From contig FR878802.1 of the NCBI GenBank assembly GCA_000434395.1, positions 1 through 54,835 of the forward strand: a DNA stretch of 54,835 bases, written 5' to 3'. Numbering within the stretch: position 1 is the first letter of the stretch; every line of letters begins with the position of its first letter. Source of the stretch: Clostridium sp. CAG:568 (lineage in GTDB: Bacteria > Bacillota_I > Bacilli_A > RFN20 > CAG-288). This document shows, one piece after another, positions 1 through 9,677 of this stretch. Below the pieces are notes generated by a model. The model did not search any database. It saw only the letters and a program-made list of their open reading frames with translations, and was not told the origin of the DNA. The position numbers and the translations under genes were made by a program.

Positions 1-789
1 TGCACTAGAGAGTTTTTTTCTGTATTAGCGACTGATTTCTTCTATTGTTTCGTCACTCCGTATGAATCACAAAGTTTAATTCTGTCTGGAATGATTAAAA
101 TAGTTTGTTGCTTTATGGCTTTGATGATTCTAATCATTAGAAAAGGAATCTTCTATTCATCGAATCAGGAACAAGAAATGGCTTTGATGTCAAACTTGTT
201 AGACAAAGAAAGAGAGCAGTTTGAGAAAAGTAGAGAAAATATAGATATCATAAATTCTAAGTGCCATGATTTAAATCACCAATTATCCAAACTAGAAGGA
301 AAGATAACAGATGAAGAACTATTATCTTTGAAAGAAGCTACTTCCTTCTATGATTCAACCATAAAAACGGGTAATGATGTAGTAGACTCAGCAATTTACG
401 AGAATCAACTGATTTGTCAAAAACACAACATCAAATTAACTTGTATGTGCGATGGAAATCTTTTGAATTTTATGGAAAAGACTGAGTTATATTCTTTGAT
501 AACAAATGCTTTGTCTAATGCAATCAAAGCTGTCGAGAATCTCCCTGATGATAAAAGAATTATCGATTTTACTTTAGCCAAGAAGAATGGAATTATATTA
601 TTAGAGATTGATAATTATTTTGATGGTGAAATCAAATTCAGTTCTTCTAATCTTCCAATATCGACCAAAACAGATGGGAAGAACCATGGCTTTGGGTCTA
701 AATCAATTTCATACATTGTCAATAGATACAACGGAACATTATCCTATTCTACCGACAATCAAATATTCAAATTACTTATTTCATTTTAA
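1..789 (+). CDS. sensor histidine kinase, C-terminal part (AgrC/LytS-like GHKL kinase); 5' end lies outside the window
   Basis: Frame 1 is open from nt 1, with no stop before the listed ATG at 91. The upstream residues are hydrophobic. ATPase motifs are present: NALSNAIKA, IDNYF, HGFGSKSI. It is a clear paralogue of the kinase at 22371..23705. Confidence 0.75.
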   Translation, partial: CTREFFSVLATDFFYCFVTPYESQSLILSGMIKIVCCFMALMILIIRKGIFYSSNQEQEMALMSNLLDKEREQFEKSRENIDIINSKCHDLNHQLSKLEGKITDEELLSLKEATSFYDSTIKTGNDVVDSAIYENQLICQKHNIKLTCMCDGNLLNFMEKTELYSLITNALSNAIKAVENLPDDKRIIDFTLAKKNGIILLEIDNYFDGEIKFSSSNLPISTKTDGKNHGFGSKSISYIVNRYNGTLSYSTDNQIFKLLISF

Positions 790-817
790 AAATCCTAGCC
801 GCTGAGCTAGGATTTTT
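788..817. terminator. bidirectional intrinsic terminator between convergent genes
   Basis: Perfect 12-bp stem AAAAATCCTAGC / GCTAGGATTTTT with a 6-nt loop. A/T runs on both sides. Confidence 0.6.
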
Positions 818-835
818 AATTTCAATGTTTCTAAT

Positions 836-1267
836 CTACTTTTTATTCCCTGGTAAGAATAAAACAACTATTTCAGTTATAGTTCCAATAAGGAATAATA
901 TCAAGAAAGTCAAATAGATTCCAAGATTTCCTCCAAACCAATTAACACCGGTCATCAAGTCTGCTAGGGGGTAGCAAGCAAGATATAACTGTCTTCCACA
1001 TCCAACTGAATAGAATGCGACAGAAACTAATGGTGCATAATCATTGATGTACTTAAATCTAACAAAGAACGATATTATTCCTATCAAGCTTCCGATTAGA
1101 AACATGATGAATGCAAATGTTCTCGAATAGTCTTCAATCTTCAATTCACCCGGATTAATAATCAAATAAGGGATCGATACGATCAACATAAACAAAGATA
1201 TTCCAAAAGATAAGTATTCAATCCAAGAACAATCTTTTGAAAAAATATTCTTAAAATAATTCTTCAT
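836..1267 (-). CDS. small polytopic membrane protein (about 4 TM), last gene of the GH3 operon
   Basis: Internal ATG at 1267 (MKNYFKNIF) is preceded by GGAG and lies 4 nt after the GH3 stop. Hydrophobic segments run throughout. The longer ORF start at 1318 would overlap the GH3 gene. Confidence 0.6.
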   Translation of the reverse strand: MKNYFKNIFSKDCSWIEYLSFGISLFMLIVSIPYLIINPGELKIEDYSRTFAFIMFLIGSLIGIISFFVRFKYINDYAPLVSVAFYSVGCGRQLYLACYPLADLMTGVNWFGGNLGIYLTFLILFLIGTITEIVVLFLPGNKK

Positions 1268-1271
1268 TTGA

Positions 1272-4178
1272 TTACATCTCCTTTTTCTTTCTGTTTTCCA
1301 AGACTTCGAAAGTAACATCCAAAGCTAAGAAAATGCCAGTAACGCTTCCTAGCACTGAAATGACACTGATAATTCCTGTTTCCCACCAGCTAGCACCTGT
1401 ATCGATGACAACATCATCACCAGCCATAGCAAAATTACGTGAAATCGTATAGAAATAATGTTTAGCGATGGTTCTAGCTTTACCCCAAAGATGACCATCT
1501 TTATCCTTTATCAAAGCATTCTTCAAATCAGATGTTCCTCTAGTCTCATCATTATTGAACTGATCGATTCCAGCATCAACGGATTCATTAGTATATAGAT
1601 AATATCTACTTCCTTTAGATGAATCTGTCATAGCAACACCTTTGAATCCCCATTCGTTTCTTAGTACTTGAGTCATAGTAGCTGGATCCATAGAAACAAC
1701 ATTAAATCCAACCCTAGTATTTGAAGTCATCGTACCCAATGATCCACCTTTGGTAAAGCTTCCTTCAAATCCTTTCAAAGGTCCTTGTCTATAGGTTTGC
1801 TCAGTCATGATAGTTGAATTACCATTTCTCCAAGTTTCTTGATCGTTAGCACAGAAATGCTTTACATAAGTGGTCAAGCCTTTTTCGGTAGCAGCCTTAG
1901 TTTGAATAGACCCGACCAAATATGAAAGGATAGTATCTTCGGAATAGTATTCATAGTTTCTTCCTGCATATGGTGTTCTATGCATGTTAGCTCCGAATCC
2001 ATACACTCCGTTTTGACCTACAGCCATTCCATCCTCAGCCATGAATTTTCCTCTCAAAGCGATAAGTTCATCGTTGAATGTCGAAGTCGCAACTACTTCA
2101 CTGACATGTGAGAATCCGACATTTGATTGAATTCCATCTGGTCCATCAGCAGCTGAGGTTTGAGGAACTCCAAGTTCTTCAATAGCGTCATTTCCAAACT
2201 TTTCGCCACAAATCTTTGCTAATTGAGTCGGAGTCAATTGATCGATGAATTTATCCCATTTCTCATCGTCTTCATAAGGAACATTGCGCATATCCTTCAA
2301 AGTGATCGGAGTCTCATATTTCTGTGAAAACTTATACGAAGTCACATCAGGTGCATCGCTAGGTTTAACATAAGTATGACCTTCCAAAATAGTTTTAATT
2401 TGATCGTTGACGGTCAAGTTTTCAATTCTAGATGGATATGTATTCCAATCAGATCTAGTCAAATAATTGACTGTATCTTTCATAAAATAATTTATATCCA
2501 TATCGTCGAATTGGTTAGATACTATATTTCCAGTATCAGGAGATTTAGCGTAAGTTATATTATCCAAAGAAGACAGAGTAGTTTTAACTGCATTTTGCTT
2601 ATTTCCGGTTACTATTTGTCCATCTTGATCAAACAATCCAGAAATGCCTTGTAATGCCATAACATTATTTAAAGCATCATGACAATCTTTTCCAATACTG
2701 AAATAATAATCTCCTGGATCAAAAACATAGCAACCTTTCTTTGTTGAATCAGCTCCGTTAACAGCCTTATTATCATATGTTGCAAATAAATAATCATCTG
2801 CGGTTATAGTTATGGTCTCACTCTCATTTGCTTTAAGGTTCTTCGTCTTTCCATAGCCTATAAGCTGTATAGCTGATTTCTCTGCATTTCCAGTGGTATA
2901 AGGAAGTGAAGCATATAGTTCTACAACATCCTTACTCTCTCCAGAATAATTATCGCTTCCCAAATTGGTAACTTTGACTTTTGCCTCGACCACATGTTTG
3001 TCTCTATTCCACTGTATGCTTTCAATTTTTTCTTCAAACTTAGCATATGAGATTCCATATCCGAAAGGATATGAAATTTCATCCGCATAGTTCCAAGCAC
3101 CATTAGAAGCATAAGATCCAATTGTATTCTTTGCATTATTCTTTCCTTGAACTTGATCAAAGTATCTAGTCTCATAATACTTATATCCGATATAAATATC
3201 TTCTGCATAGACTAAATATTTATTTTGACCTGGTTCAGTAACATTTGAATAATTGAAGGATCCAAAGTTTCTCATAGCCGGTGAAGACAATGAGTTTGTA
3301 GCATATGTATCAACAGTTCTACCGCTTGGATCATATTCACCTTTCAATACTTTAGCTACACCTTCAAATCCAGTATATCCTGGATAGCCTATCCAAAGAC
3401 ATGCATCAACTCCTAGTGACTCTAATTCACCAACTTCCATCGTGGTAGCTGTATTCAAAAGAACGACAATCTTTTTGAATCCACTGGCTTTAGCCAATTC
3501 GATGGTTTCTCTTTCTTCTTGATGAAGTGAAAGCATCCTAACACCTTGATTGTCGATAGGATCTCCGTTTTCATCTGCCCCATTGTCTTGGTTTGAATCG
3601 CCTTTACTAGCAAAATCTTGCTGTTCTCCTGAAAATCTACCCAGAGTGATCAAAGCCACATCGTTATATTGACTGAAAGAAGACTTCATTCCATCATCGT
3701 AGAAGTCCTTTCCGACTTCCCCGATGAATCCACGACTTCTTTTCACAGTCGAGTTCTTCAATGCATTATAAACATTATCATTTATAGAATATCCTTCGTT
3801 CTTCAAGGCTTGATATAATGAAACAGCTCCGCCTTCTTCAGTTGTGATAGATCCTCCAGATGCACCCTTGAATATATTGTCTGCACTAGTTTTACCTAAG
3901 AGTGTCATCTTAGAACCAGCTGCAATTGGCAATGCATTATTGTTGTTGAATAAAAGAACAGATCCTTCAGCTTGAATTTGAATTTCATTCAATCTCTCTG
4001 CTTTTCTCATTTCTTCAATTGAAGAATAATCAGAACTTTGGGTATTAGGTTTTGATATTCCAAGGAAAATATCTACTTGTCCTGAATTTTCAAATGCGAG
4101 AATTCCTGCATAAGAACAAAGTGCAGTCAAAAGAGCAAATGTTCCAGTAAGTCCCCTAAACAACTTGCTTTTTTTCAT
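1272..4178 (-). CDS. glycoside hydrolase family 3 (beta-glucosidase/xylosidase-like), domain-permuted, with N-terminal signal anchor and C-terminal TM
   Basis: GH3 C-domain motifs come first (VLLFNNNNALPI, DPSGRTVDTYA, PFGYGISY). An Fn3-like segment follows. N-domain motifs come last (KHFCANDQE, GFKGVAMTDS). AAGGAG RBS. Paralogue at 24573..27470. Confidence 0.9.
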   Translation of the reverse strand: MKKSKLFRGLTGTFALLTALCSYAGILAFENSGQVDIFLGISKPNTQSSDYSSIEEMRKAERLNEIQIQAEGSVLLFNNNNALPIAAGSKMTLLGKTSADNIFKGASGGSITTEEGGAVSLYQALKNEGYSINDNVYNALKNSTVKRSRGFIGEVGKDFYDDGMKSSFSQYNDVALITLGRFSGEQQDFASKGDSNQDNGADENGDPIDNQGVRMLSLHQEERETIELAKASGFKKIVVLLNTATTMEVGELESLGVDACLWIGYPGYTGFEGVAKVLKGEYDPSGRTVDTYATNSLSSPAMRNFGSFNYSNVTEPGQNKYLVYAEDIYIGYKYYETRYFDQVQGKNNAKNTIGSYASNGAWNYADEISYPFGYGISYAKFEEKIESIQWNRDKHVVEAKVKVTNLGSDNYSGESKDVVELYASLPYTTGNAEKSAIQLIGYGKTKNLKANESETITITADDYLFATYDNKAVNGADSTKKGCYVFDPGDYYFSIGKDCHDALNNVMALQGISGLFDQDGQIVTGNKQNAVKTTLSSLDNITYAKSPDTGNIVSNQFDDMDINYFMKDTVNYLTRSDWNTYPSRIENLTVNDQIKTILEGHTYVKPSDAPDVTSYKFSQKYETPITLKDMRNVPYEDDEKWDKFIDQLTPTQLAKICGEKFGNDAIEELGVPQTSAADGPDGIQSNVGFSHVSEVVATSTFNDELIALRGKFMAEDGMAVGQNGVYGFGANMHRTPYAGRNYEYYSEDTILSYLVGSIQTKAATEKGLTTYVKHFCANDQETWRNGNSTIMTEQTYRQGPLKGFEGSFTKGGSLGTMTSNTRVGFNVVSMDPATMTQVLRNEWGFKGVAMTDSSKGSRYYLYTNESVDAGIDQFNNDETRGTSDLKNALIKDKDGHLWGKARTIAKHYFYTISRNFAMAGDDVVIDTGASWWETGIISVISVLGSVTGIFLALDVTFEVLENRKKKEM

Positions 4179-4196
4179 TTTATATCTCCTTATCTA

Positions 4197-5399
4197 TTAA
4201 TAAAGTTGAGCAGTGTAATCAACATAATCAAAATTAGCTGTTCCTTCAGTTACAGCAATACTTGTGGCTTTTGTATTAAAGGAATTCAAATATTCGCTAC
4301 CACTGGCATATTGTTTAACTTCTTGAGTTGTATTATCCGTGAATTGAGTATGAGTCTTAGCTGCATCGTCCCAGTTATCTGAATCAACATAATATTTACC
4401 ATCATAATTCATTGTAACTCTACTAGGAGCAGAAAGGCTTATATCAGACATTGAATCATCCAATTCATTGGCTGTTTTGGTATATGTTCCATAGAAGGAA
4501 AGAACATAATTTGCTCTTTCATTTCCTTGAACACCATTTCCTTCCTCAGGAAGAACTAATCCAGAATAAGAAGTCGAGTAAATGGAGAAGCAATAATGAG
4601 TCGAGTCCAAGAGATCCAACACTTGTTGATTCATAGTTGTCACATAATAATTATAGGTAGGTCTCACATTCATATAGCCTAAGGATGCGTTGCTCATGTA
4701 ACTACCTGTAATTGAGTATCCTACAGCAGAGGTTGAAATACTTGTTCCTTCATCTAAGGCTTCGGTTTTGAAGAAATCAAAGCTAGCTGCTGTTTTCGAA
4801 ACTGAAACATTAACAGGCTTAAAGGCAAGAGCTTTCATGAAATCTTCTTTGGTCTCATAGGTGACTTTATTAAAATAGGCACCTGTTCCAGTAACAGGAT
4901 GAAAGTTCTCTGAATCGACATAAAAGTTAGAATTGAAATTTCTTACTATTCTTGTAGGAGTAGCTAAAGATACATCCAGTGTATCTTCATCTAACTCATT
5001 AGTTTTTTGAGTACAGGTTCCATAATAACGAGTTACAGAGCTTTCACGAGCAGAACCAGTGGCATCGTTTCCTACATCAGGTAAAACCACTCCTGAAAAA
5101 CATGATGAATCCAAAGTCAAACAATAAGTGTTGTCTGAATAAAGTTGAATAGTTTCAAATGAAAAAGTGGTCCAATAAATTTGGTTTGTTGGTCTCATAT
5201 TTTGATACTGAAGAACAGCAGGTGAAATATAAGCACCAGTCAAAGTAACATCGGTAGGATCGTCTTTCTTTCCAGTGTTTTGAGAATTACCTACATTGGA
5301 ATTTGCTGAATTTCCATTAGTAGGCTTTGATTCATTGCAAGACATAAGTCCCAATAAAGAAGAAGACAAAAGAATAATTTTTAATAATTGTTGTTTCAT
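4197..5399 (-). CDS. lipoprotein with an internal tandem duplication, first gene of the GH3 operon
   Basis: Lipobox LLGLMSC. Two repeats of about 160 aa (YCLTLDSSCFSGVVLPDVGND...NFYVDSENF vs YCFSIYSTSYSGLVLPEEGNG...KYYVDSDNW). RBS TAGGAGGG. Confidence 0.8.
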   Translation of the reverse strand: MKQQLLKIILLSSSLLGLMSCNESKPTNGNSANSNVGNSQNTGKKDDPTDVTLTGAYISPAVLQYQNMRPTNQIYWTTFSFETIQLYSDNTYCLTLDSSCFSGVVLPDVGNDATGSARESSVTRYYGTCTQKTNELDEDTLDVSLATPTRIVRNFNSNFYVDSENFHPVTGTGAYFNKVTYETKEDFMKALAFKPVNVSVSKTAASFDFFKTEALDEGTSISTSAVGYSITGSYMSNASLGYMNVRPTYNYYVTTMNQQVLDLLDSTHYCFSIYSTSYSGLVLPEEGNGVQGNERANYVLSFYGTYTKTANELDDSMSDISLSAPSRVTMNYDGKYYVDSDNWDDAAKTHTQFTDNTTQEVKQYASGSEYLNSFNTKATSIAVTEGTANFDYVDYTAQLY

Positions 5400-5411
5400 A
5401 TTACCCTCCTA

Positions 5412-5425
5412 GGTAATCGCTTTCA
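5412..5425 (-). promoter_or_regulatory. cre-like (CcpA/LacI-type) operator in the 5' UTR of the lipoprotein-GH3 operon
   Basis: The minus strand reads TGAAAGCGATTACC, against the cre consensus TGWAANCGNTNWCA (one mismatch at the last base). It directly abuts the RBS. Confidence 0.45.
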
Positions 5426-5524
5426 ACCATAATTTCTTTCTCTTCTATTATCAATTGAATTAGAACAAACTGTTTATTTTTTATACTGAATTGTATACTC
5501 TTACAATAGTAATGGATTTAAATT

Positions 5525-6202
5525 ATGAGTAAAACAATAGAACAAATAGTATTCGGTAAATCTAAATTCAATAATGAAAAACTACTCAATTATGGATTTA
5601 AACAATATGATGATTCTTTTAAATTCGAAAAGAAATTATCGATTGATAATATGATGCTCATCCTCGAGATTCAATCAAACAATGTCATCAATTCCAAAGT
5701 TATAGATTTAGATGTCAATGAAGAGTATTTAAACTATAAATTCAGCAATAAACTTGGTGAATACGCCTATAAAATAAAAGAAGAAGTAATAGATATATTA
5801 GAAGATATTAAAGAGAATTGCTCTATTGAAACTAATTACAGATTCGATCAATCCAATCGAATCGATTCATATATTTGTAAAGCATACAAAGTAAAGCCAG
5901 AATTTCTAGGAAAATCAAATCCTAGTTCCGGTGTATATAGGCACTTAGAAAATAGAAAATGGTTTGGTCTTATCATGAACATAGACAAAAGAAAATTAGG
6001 TTTGAAATCTTCGGATGAAATAGAAATTATCAATTTGAAAATCACTCCTCAAATCCTAGAAGAAAAATTAAAATCAATCGGATATTTCAAAGCATATCAT
6101 ATGAATAAGAAATCATGGATTTCAGTATCTTTAGATGATTCTTTATCGGATGAAGAAATAATAAGATTGATTGATTTGTCATTTGATTTGACAAAAGACT
6201 AG
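5525..6202 (+). CDS. MmcQ/YjbR-family protein with an extra N-terminal domain
   Basis: The C-terminal half matches my recollection of the YjbR fold family (RKWFGLIMNI...KAYHMNKKSWISVSLD...LIDLSFDL). Confidence 0.55.
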   Translation: MSKTIEQIVFGKSKFNNEKLLNYGFKQYDDSFKFEKKLSIDNMMLILEIQSNNVINSKVIDLDVNEEYLNYKFSNKLGEYAYKIKEEVIDILEDIKENCSIETNYRFDQSNRIDSYICKAYKVKPEFLGKSNPSSGVYRHLENRKWFGLIMNIDKRKLGLKSSDEIEIINLKITPQILEEKLKSIGYFKAYHMNKKSWISVSLDDSLSDEEIIRLIDLSFDLTKD

Positions 6203-6343
6203 TAAATATTGTGTTTATTACCTATTAAGTTGTTTTTTATTACTTGTTGCCAACTAAATAATTGTAAATATAAGTTTTACAATACATACTATAAGAAATT
6301 TCGACAGATAGATTTATAATAAAGCGTTAGAAGGGTGATAGTT

Positions 6344-7183
6344 ATGTTCAAAAGAAATAAAAAGAAATATCTCATCGCATTTGATATGGATGGGACTTTA
6401 TTAAGAAGTGACAATACTGTAGGAAAGAAATCTAGAAGGATTATAAAGAAATTAGTAAAAATGGGTAACTACGTCACAGTTGCTAGCGGAAGACCTGTTA
6501 GAGTAATCTTATCCTATTATGAAGACTTAGGTTTGAATGGACCAATAGTCTCATATAACGGATCTTTGGTATCTGATCCATCAGATAGTTCTTTTGTGCC
6601 ATCTAAAAGATTATTTCCTAAGGAAATCATTATCGATTTTCTTAACAAAGTCGGATACGATAAAATCGACAATGTCCTCATAGAAACTGAGAAAGCAATA
6701 ATATCAAAGAAAAAAGATCAGACTTTGCAAGGCTTTTATCACAAAGAAGGAATGGAAGAAAGAATTGGAGATGTCAGAACACTGATTGATGACGATTGTT
6801 TTATTTGTGTATTATCGATGGCAGATCACAAATTCGATGAAAGATTAGTGAACGCTGCTTTCTACTATCCTAATATGGGACTTAGATTTTGGGGTGGAGT
6901 CGAAAGCAATTTTTCCGAACTATATTGGTTAGATGTATCAAAGACATATGGATTGGAACAAGCAAGACAAAAACTGGGTTTATCAAAGGATCAAATAATA
7001 GTAGTAGGCGATGCTGATAACGATGTAGAAATGCTCACTGAATACCCCCATTCTATAGCAATGATAAATGGTGAAAACCAAGTAAAGAAAAGAGCGTCGA
7101 CTGTCTCTAAATACGATAATAACCACGATGGTGCTGCAATAGCAGTCTATGAAATGATAAAGAAATTAAGAAAAGAAAATTGA
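6344..7183 (+). CDS. Cof-type HAD-IIB sugar phosphatase
   Basis: Motif I AFDMDGTLL and motif IV GDADNDVEML. ATG at 6344 sits 8 nt after AGAAGGG; the track's GTG at 6335 is less likely. Confidence 0.85.
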   Translation: MFKRNKKKYLIAFDMDGTLLRSDNTVGKKSRRIIKKLVKMGNYVTVASGRPVRVILSYYEDLGLNGPIVSYNGSLVSDPSDSSFVPSKRLFPKEIIIDFLNKVGYDKIDNVLIETEKAIISKKKDQTLQGFYHKEGMEERIGDVRTLIDDDCFICVLSMADHKFDERLVNAAFYYPNMGLRFWGGVESNFSELYWLDVSKTYGLEQARQKLGLSKDQIIVVGDADNDVEMLTEYPHSIAMINGENQVKKRASTVSKYDNNHDGAAIAVYEMIKKLRKEN

Positions 7184-7290
7184 AGAATATAATATCGACT
7201 AGCCTATCTCAATGAGAAAGAAATAGATACCTGCACTATAAAAGTAACATCACAATCAGATTTAAAGAAATTGCTTAAATAAAAAAAGCC

Positions 7291-7319
7291 AAAAAGTGAG
7301 GCCTTATGCCTCACTTTTT
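7291..7319. terminator. bidirectional intrinsic terminator
   Basis: AAAAAGTGAGGC-CTTAT-GCCTCACTTTTT, a perfect 12-bp stem between convergent genes. Confidence 0.65.
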
Positions 7320-7437
7320 CATTGAATTTAAAGCAGGTAAATAATAGCAATAATAACTAATGATATAACCTATAAAAAATCAAATAGAAATCAAGATATA
7401 AGCAGAGAAATTCCACTTTCTCTTCTTTCTTGCATTT

Positions 7438-7731
7438 TTATTCAATTAAATCTTTATATGGTCTAACAATGTCTTTTCTAAGAGCACTGATAGTTGAAGC
7501 AAACCCATAAGAAGCAAAATCAAAGAAGCCAAAGTTGTTGATCAATGAAAAAGCACCAATAGCTAAAAGGCAGGAACCACTTATAGCAAATCCATCACAC
7601 AAAGACTTGTAGTCACGAGACACTCCATAATAAACAGCTAAAAATATCGATATTCCTAATATTATACTCATCAAACCCCTGATTCCTATTTGACCATATT
7701 TTGAATTCATTATCTTTTTAACATTATCCAT
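7438..7731 (-). CDS. small membrane protein (DUF3899-like)
   Basis: 97 aa with two or three hydrophobic helices. The family assignment is from memory only. Confidence 0.5.
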   Translation of the reverse strand: MDNVKKIMNSKYGQIGIRGLMSIILGISIFLAVYYGVSRDYKSLCDGFAISGSCLLAIGAFSLINNFGFFDFASYGFASTISALRKDIVRPYKDLIE

Positions 7732-7787
7732 ATCCTATTCCTTTCTTCCTAATTATTTACTTTTTTCTTATAAAAAACCTATAAGAC

Positions 7788-7817
7788 AAAAAAAGCTATC
7801 AGTCTTGGACTGATAGC
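7788..7817 (-). terminator. intrinsic terminator of pgcA
   Basis: The minus strand reads GCTATCAGTC-CAA-GACTGATAGC followed by TTTTTTT. Confidence 0.65.
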
Positions 7818-7837
7818 AATTTTAATTCTTTTTGAAA

Positions 7838-9556
7838 TTAGTCGAGCTTGAGATGGCTTCTGAAATCATCGATGATCTTATGAGCCAATTCTTGTCCTAA
7901 TTTTTCATTTGGAGTTACTGTTTCAACATAAATCTTGCATTTAGGTTCAGTTCCAGAAGGACGGCAAGCAAGCCATCCATCCTTGAAGAAATACTTCAAA
8001 CAGTCGCAAGAAGGAATCTCAGTGATAGGTGTAACTTCACCAGTTACTAAGTCGAAATGCTTTCTCTCGAGATAGTCATCACATGCGATGACCTTATCTC
8101 CTCCGATTACCTTCAAAGGATTGACACGAAGCTCATGGAGTTGCTCGGTCATCTTCTGACGTCCAACCAATCCATTGACATAGATGTTATCGACGACATT
8201 TTCATAATGACCGAATTCCTTCTCAAGTTGTGCAAAGTATTGATCGACAGTCATTCCATTACGATAGCACCACTCGACCATATCAGCAATTGCAATATTA
8301 GATTGGAGACAATCCTTATCACGTACGAAGGGTTGGGTGATATAACCATAAGATTCCTCATATCCAAATTCAAATGGTTCATCAGGAGTATGCTCAATCA
8401 TGTATCCGGTGAACTTGAATCCAGTAGGAACCCACTTGACCTTAAGGTTGAACTTCTTTGAAGCTACATCAGCACCGAAATTAGATGTGACGAACGAAGA
8501 AACGATATAACCATTGTCATGAAGTGTACCGAGTTTCTTACGCATAGTCATCAAATAATTGATGAGAAGTCCGCCAGTTCTATTTCCAGTGTAAAGGTGG
8601 AATTCATTATCACTTCCGATAAAGCCGAATCCGACACGGTCAGCATCAGGATCGTTGCAAAGTGCGATGACATAAGAAGGATCATTGGCATGTAATTCCT
8701 TCAAAAGTTTTTCAGCCTTCACAAAAGATTCAGGGAATTCAGGGTTAGGGAAGTGAACACCATCAAAATTTCCATCCCAACGATCTTGACCAGGAACAGA
8801 AGTGACAGTATATCCGAGCTTTCTCAAAGCCCAAGGACCCAAGAAGACGTTACATCCACATTGAGGAGTGTAAACAATCTTGATATGTCTTTCGCCAGGA
8901 AGTGAAGAAGTACTAGCTTCACGAGCGATAAACTTCTCATCGAAGTTCTCACCGAGAACGGTGTTGACTCCAGAAACTGTACCTTCTTCAGGCTTGACTT
9001 CAACATCGAGGAAATCAGGAAGAGAGGCAATCTCCTTCATCAACATATCGATGTTCTCATAAACCATCTGGCATCCAGTTTCATCATAGACCTTGTATCC
9101 GTTATAAACACAAGGGTTATGTGAAGCAGTCACCATAACACCAGCACAGCAATGCATCTCACGAGTTGTATAAGAAAGCTCGGGAGTAGGGTGTGGGCAA
9201 GCAAAAGTGAATGTGTTGATTCCATATGCATTGAGAATATCACATACTTCCTTTGCAAATTCTTGAGAATGATGACGGGAATCAAATGATACAGCTACGC
9301 CACGCTTCTTTCCTTCTTCTCCATAGTGGTGGATGACGAAGTTTGCCATTCCAACAGTAGCCTTTTGAACAACCAAAGGATTCATTCTATTGGTTCCAGG
9401 ACCCATTTCTCCACGAAGACCGGCAGTTCCAAAAGCGATATCGCCACCAAACATATCACGTAACTTGTCGTCGCTAGAATTACGAATGATTTCCTTGTCA
9501 GCATCACTGACTTTAGGACTATCCAACCACATCTGAGCACGCGCTTTAAAATCCAT
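7838..9556 (-). CDS. pgcA: alpha-phosphoglucomutase / phospho-sugar mutase
   Basis: FGTAGLRG, active-site loop TASHNP, metal loop NDPDADRVG and sugar loop GYEESYGY. The 572 aa length is typical of PgcA. Confidence 0.9.
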   Translation of the reverse strand: MDFKARAQMWLDSPKVSDADKEIIRNSSDDKLRDMFGGDIAFGTAGLRGEMGPGTNRMNPLVVQKATVGMANFVIHHYGEEGKKRGVAVSFDSRHHSQEFAKEVCDILNAYGINTFTFACPHPTPELSYTTREMHCCAGVMVTASHNPCVYNGYKVYDETGCQMVYENIDMLMKEIASLPDFLDVEVKPEEGTVSGVNTVLGENFDEKFIAREASTSSLPGERHIKIVYTPQCGCNVFLGPWALRKLGYTVTSVPGQDRWDGNFDGVHFPNPEFPESFVKAEKLLKELHANDPSYVIALCNDPDADRVGFGFIGSDNEFHLYTGNRTGGLLINYLMTMRKKLGTLHDNGYIVSSFVTSNFGADVASKKFNLKVKWVPTGFKFTGYMIEHTPDEPFEFGYEESYGYITQPFVRDKDCLQSNIAIADMVEWCYRNGMTVDQYFAQLEKEFGHYENVVDNIYVNGLVGRQKMTEQLHELRVNPLKVIGGDKVIACDDYLERKHFDLVTGEVTPITEIPSCDCLKYFFKDGWLACRPSGTEPKCKIYVETVTPNEKLGQELAHKIIDDFRSHLKLD

Positions 9557-9677
9557 TGTTTATTTCCTCTTCCTACCCTTTTTTTCCATATCAAAACAAG
9601 GGTTAATAACCATTTGTTATTATAGTCTTTTAAATATACTTTTTTCAACAAAATTTAAAGTTTAGACATCGTATACT

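Noticed and set aside
2376-3208. Antisense and alternative-frame ORFs inside the first GH3 gene, and similar ones inside pgcA, the ABC genes, addAB and the helicase
   Set aside because: All are nested in long ORFs with unambiguous family motifs. Their translations are low-complexity Ile/Ser/Leu-rich sequences, typical of AT-rich antisense frames.
9382-9651. 89-aa minus-strand ORF overlapping the pgcA start
   Set aside because: It is out of frame with the well-supported pgcA N-terminus (FGTAGLRG region) and extends into the promoter region, so it is spurious.
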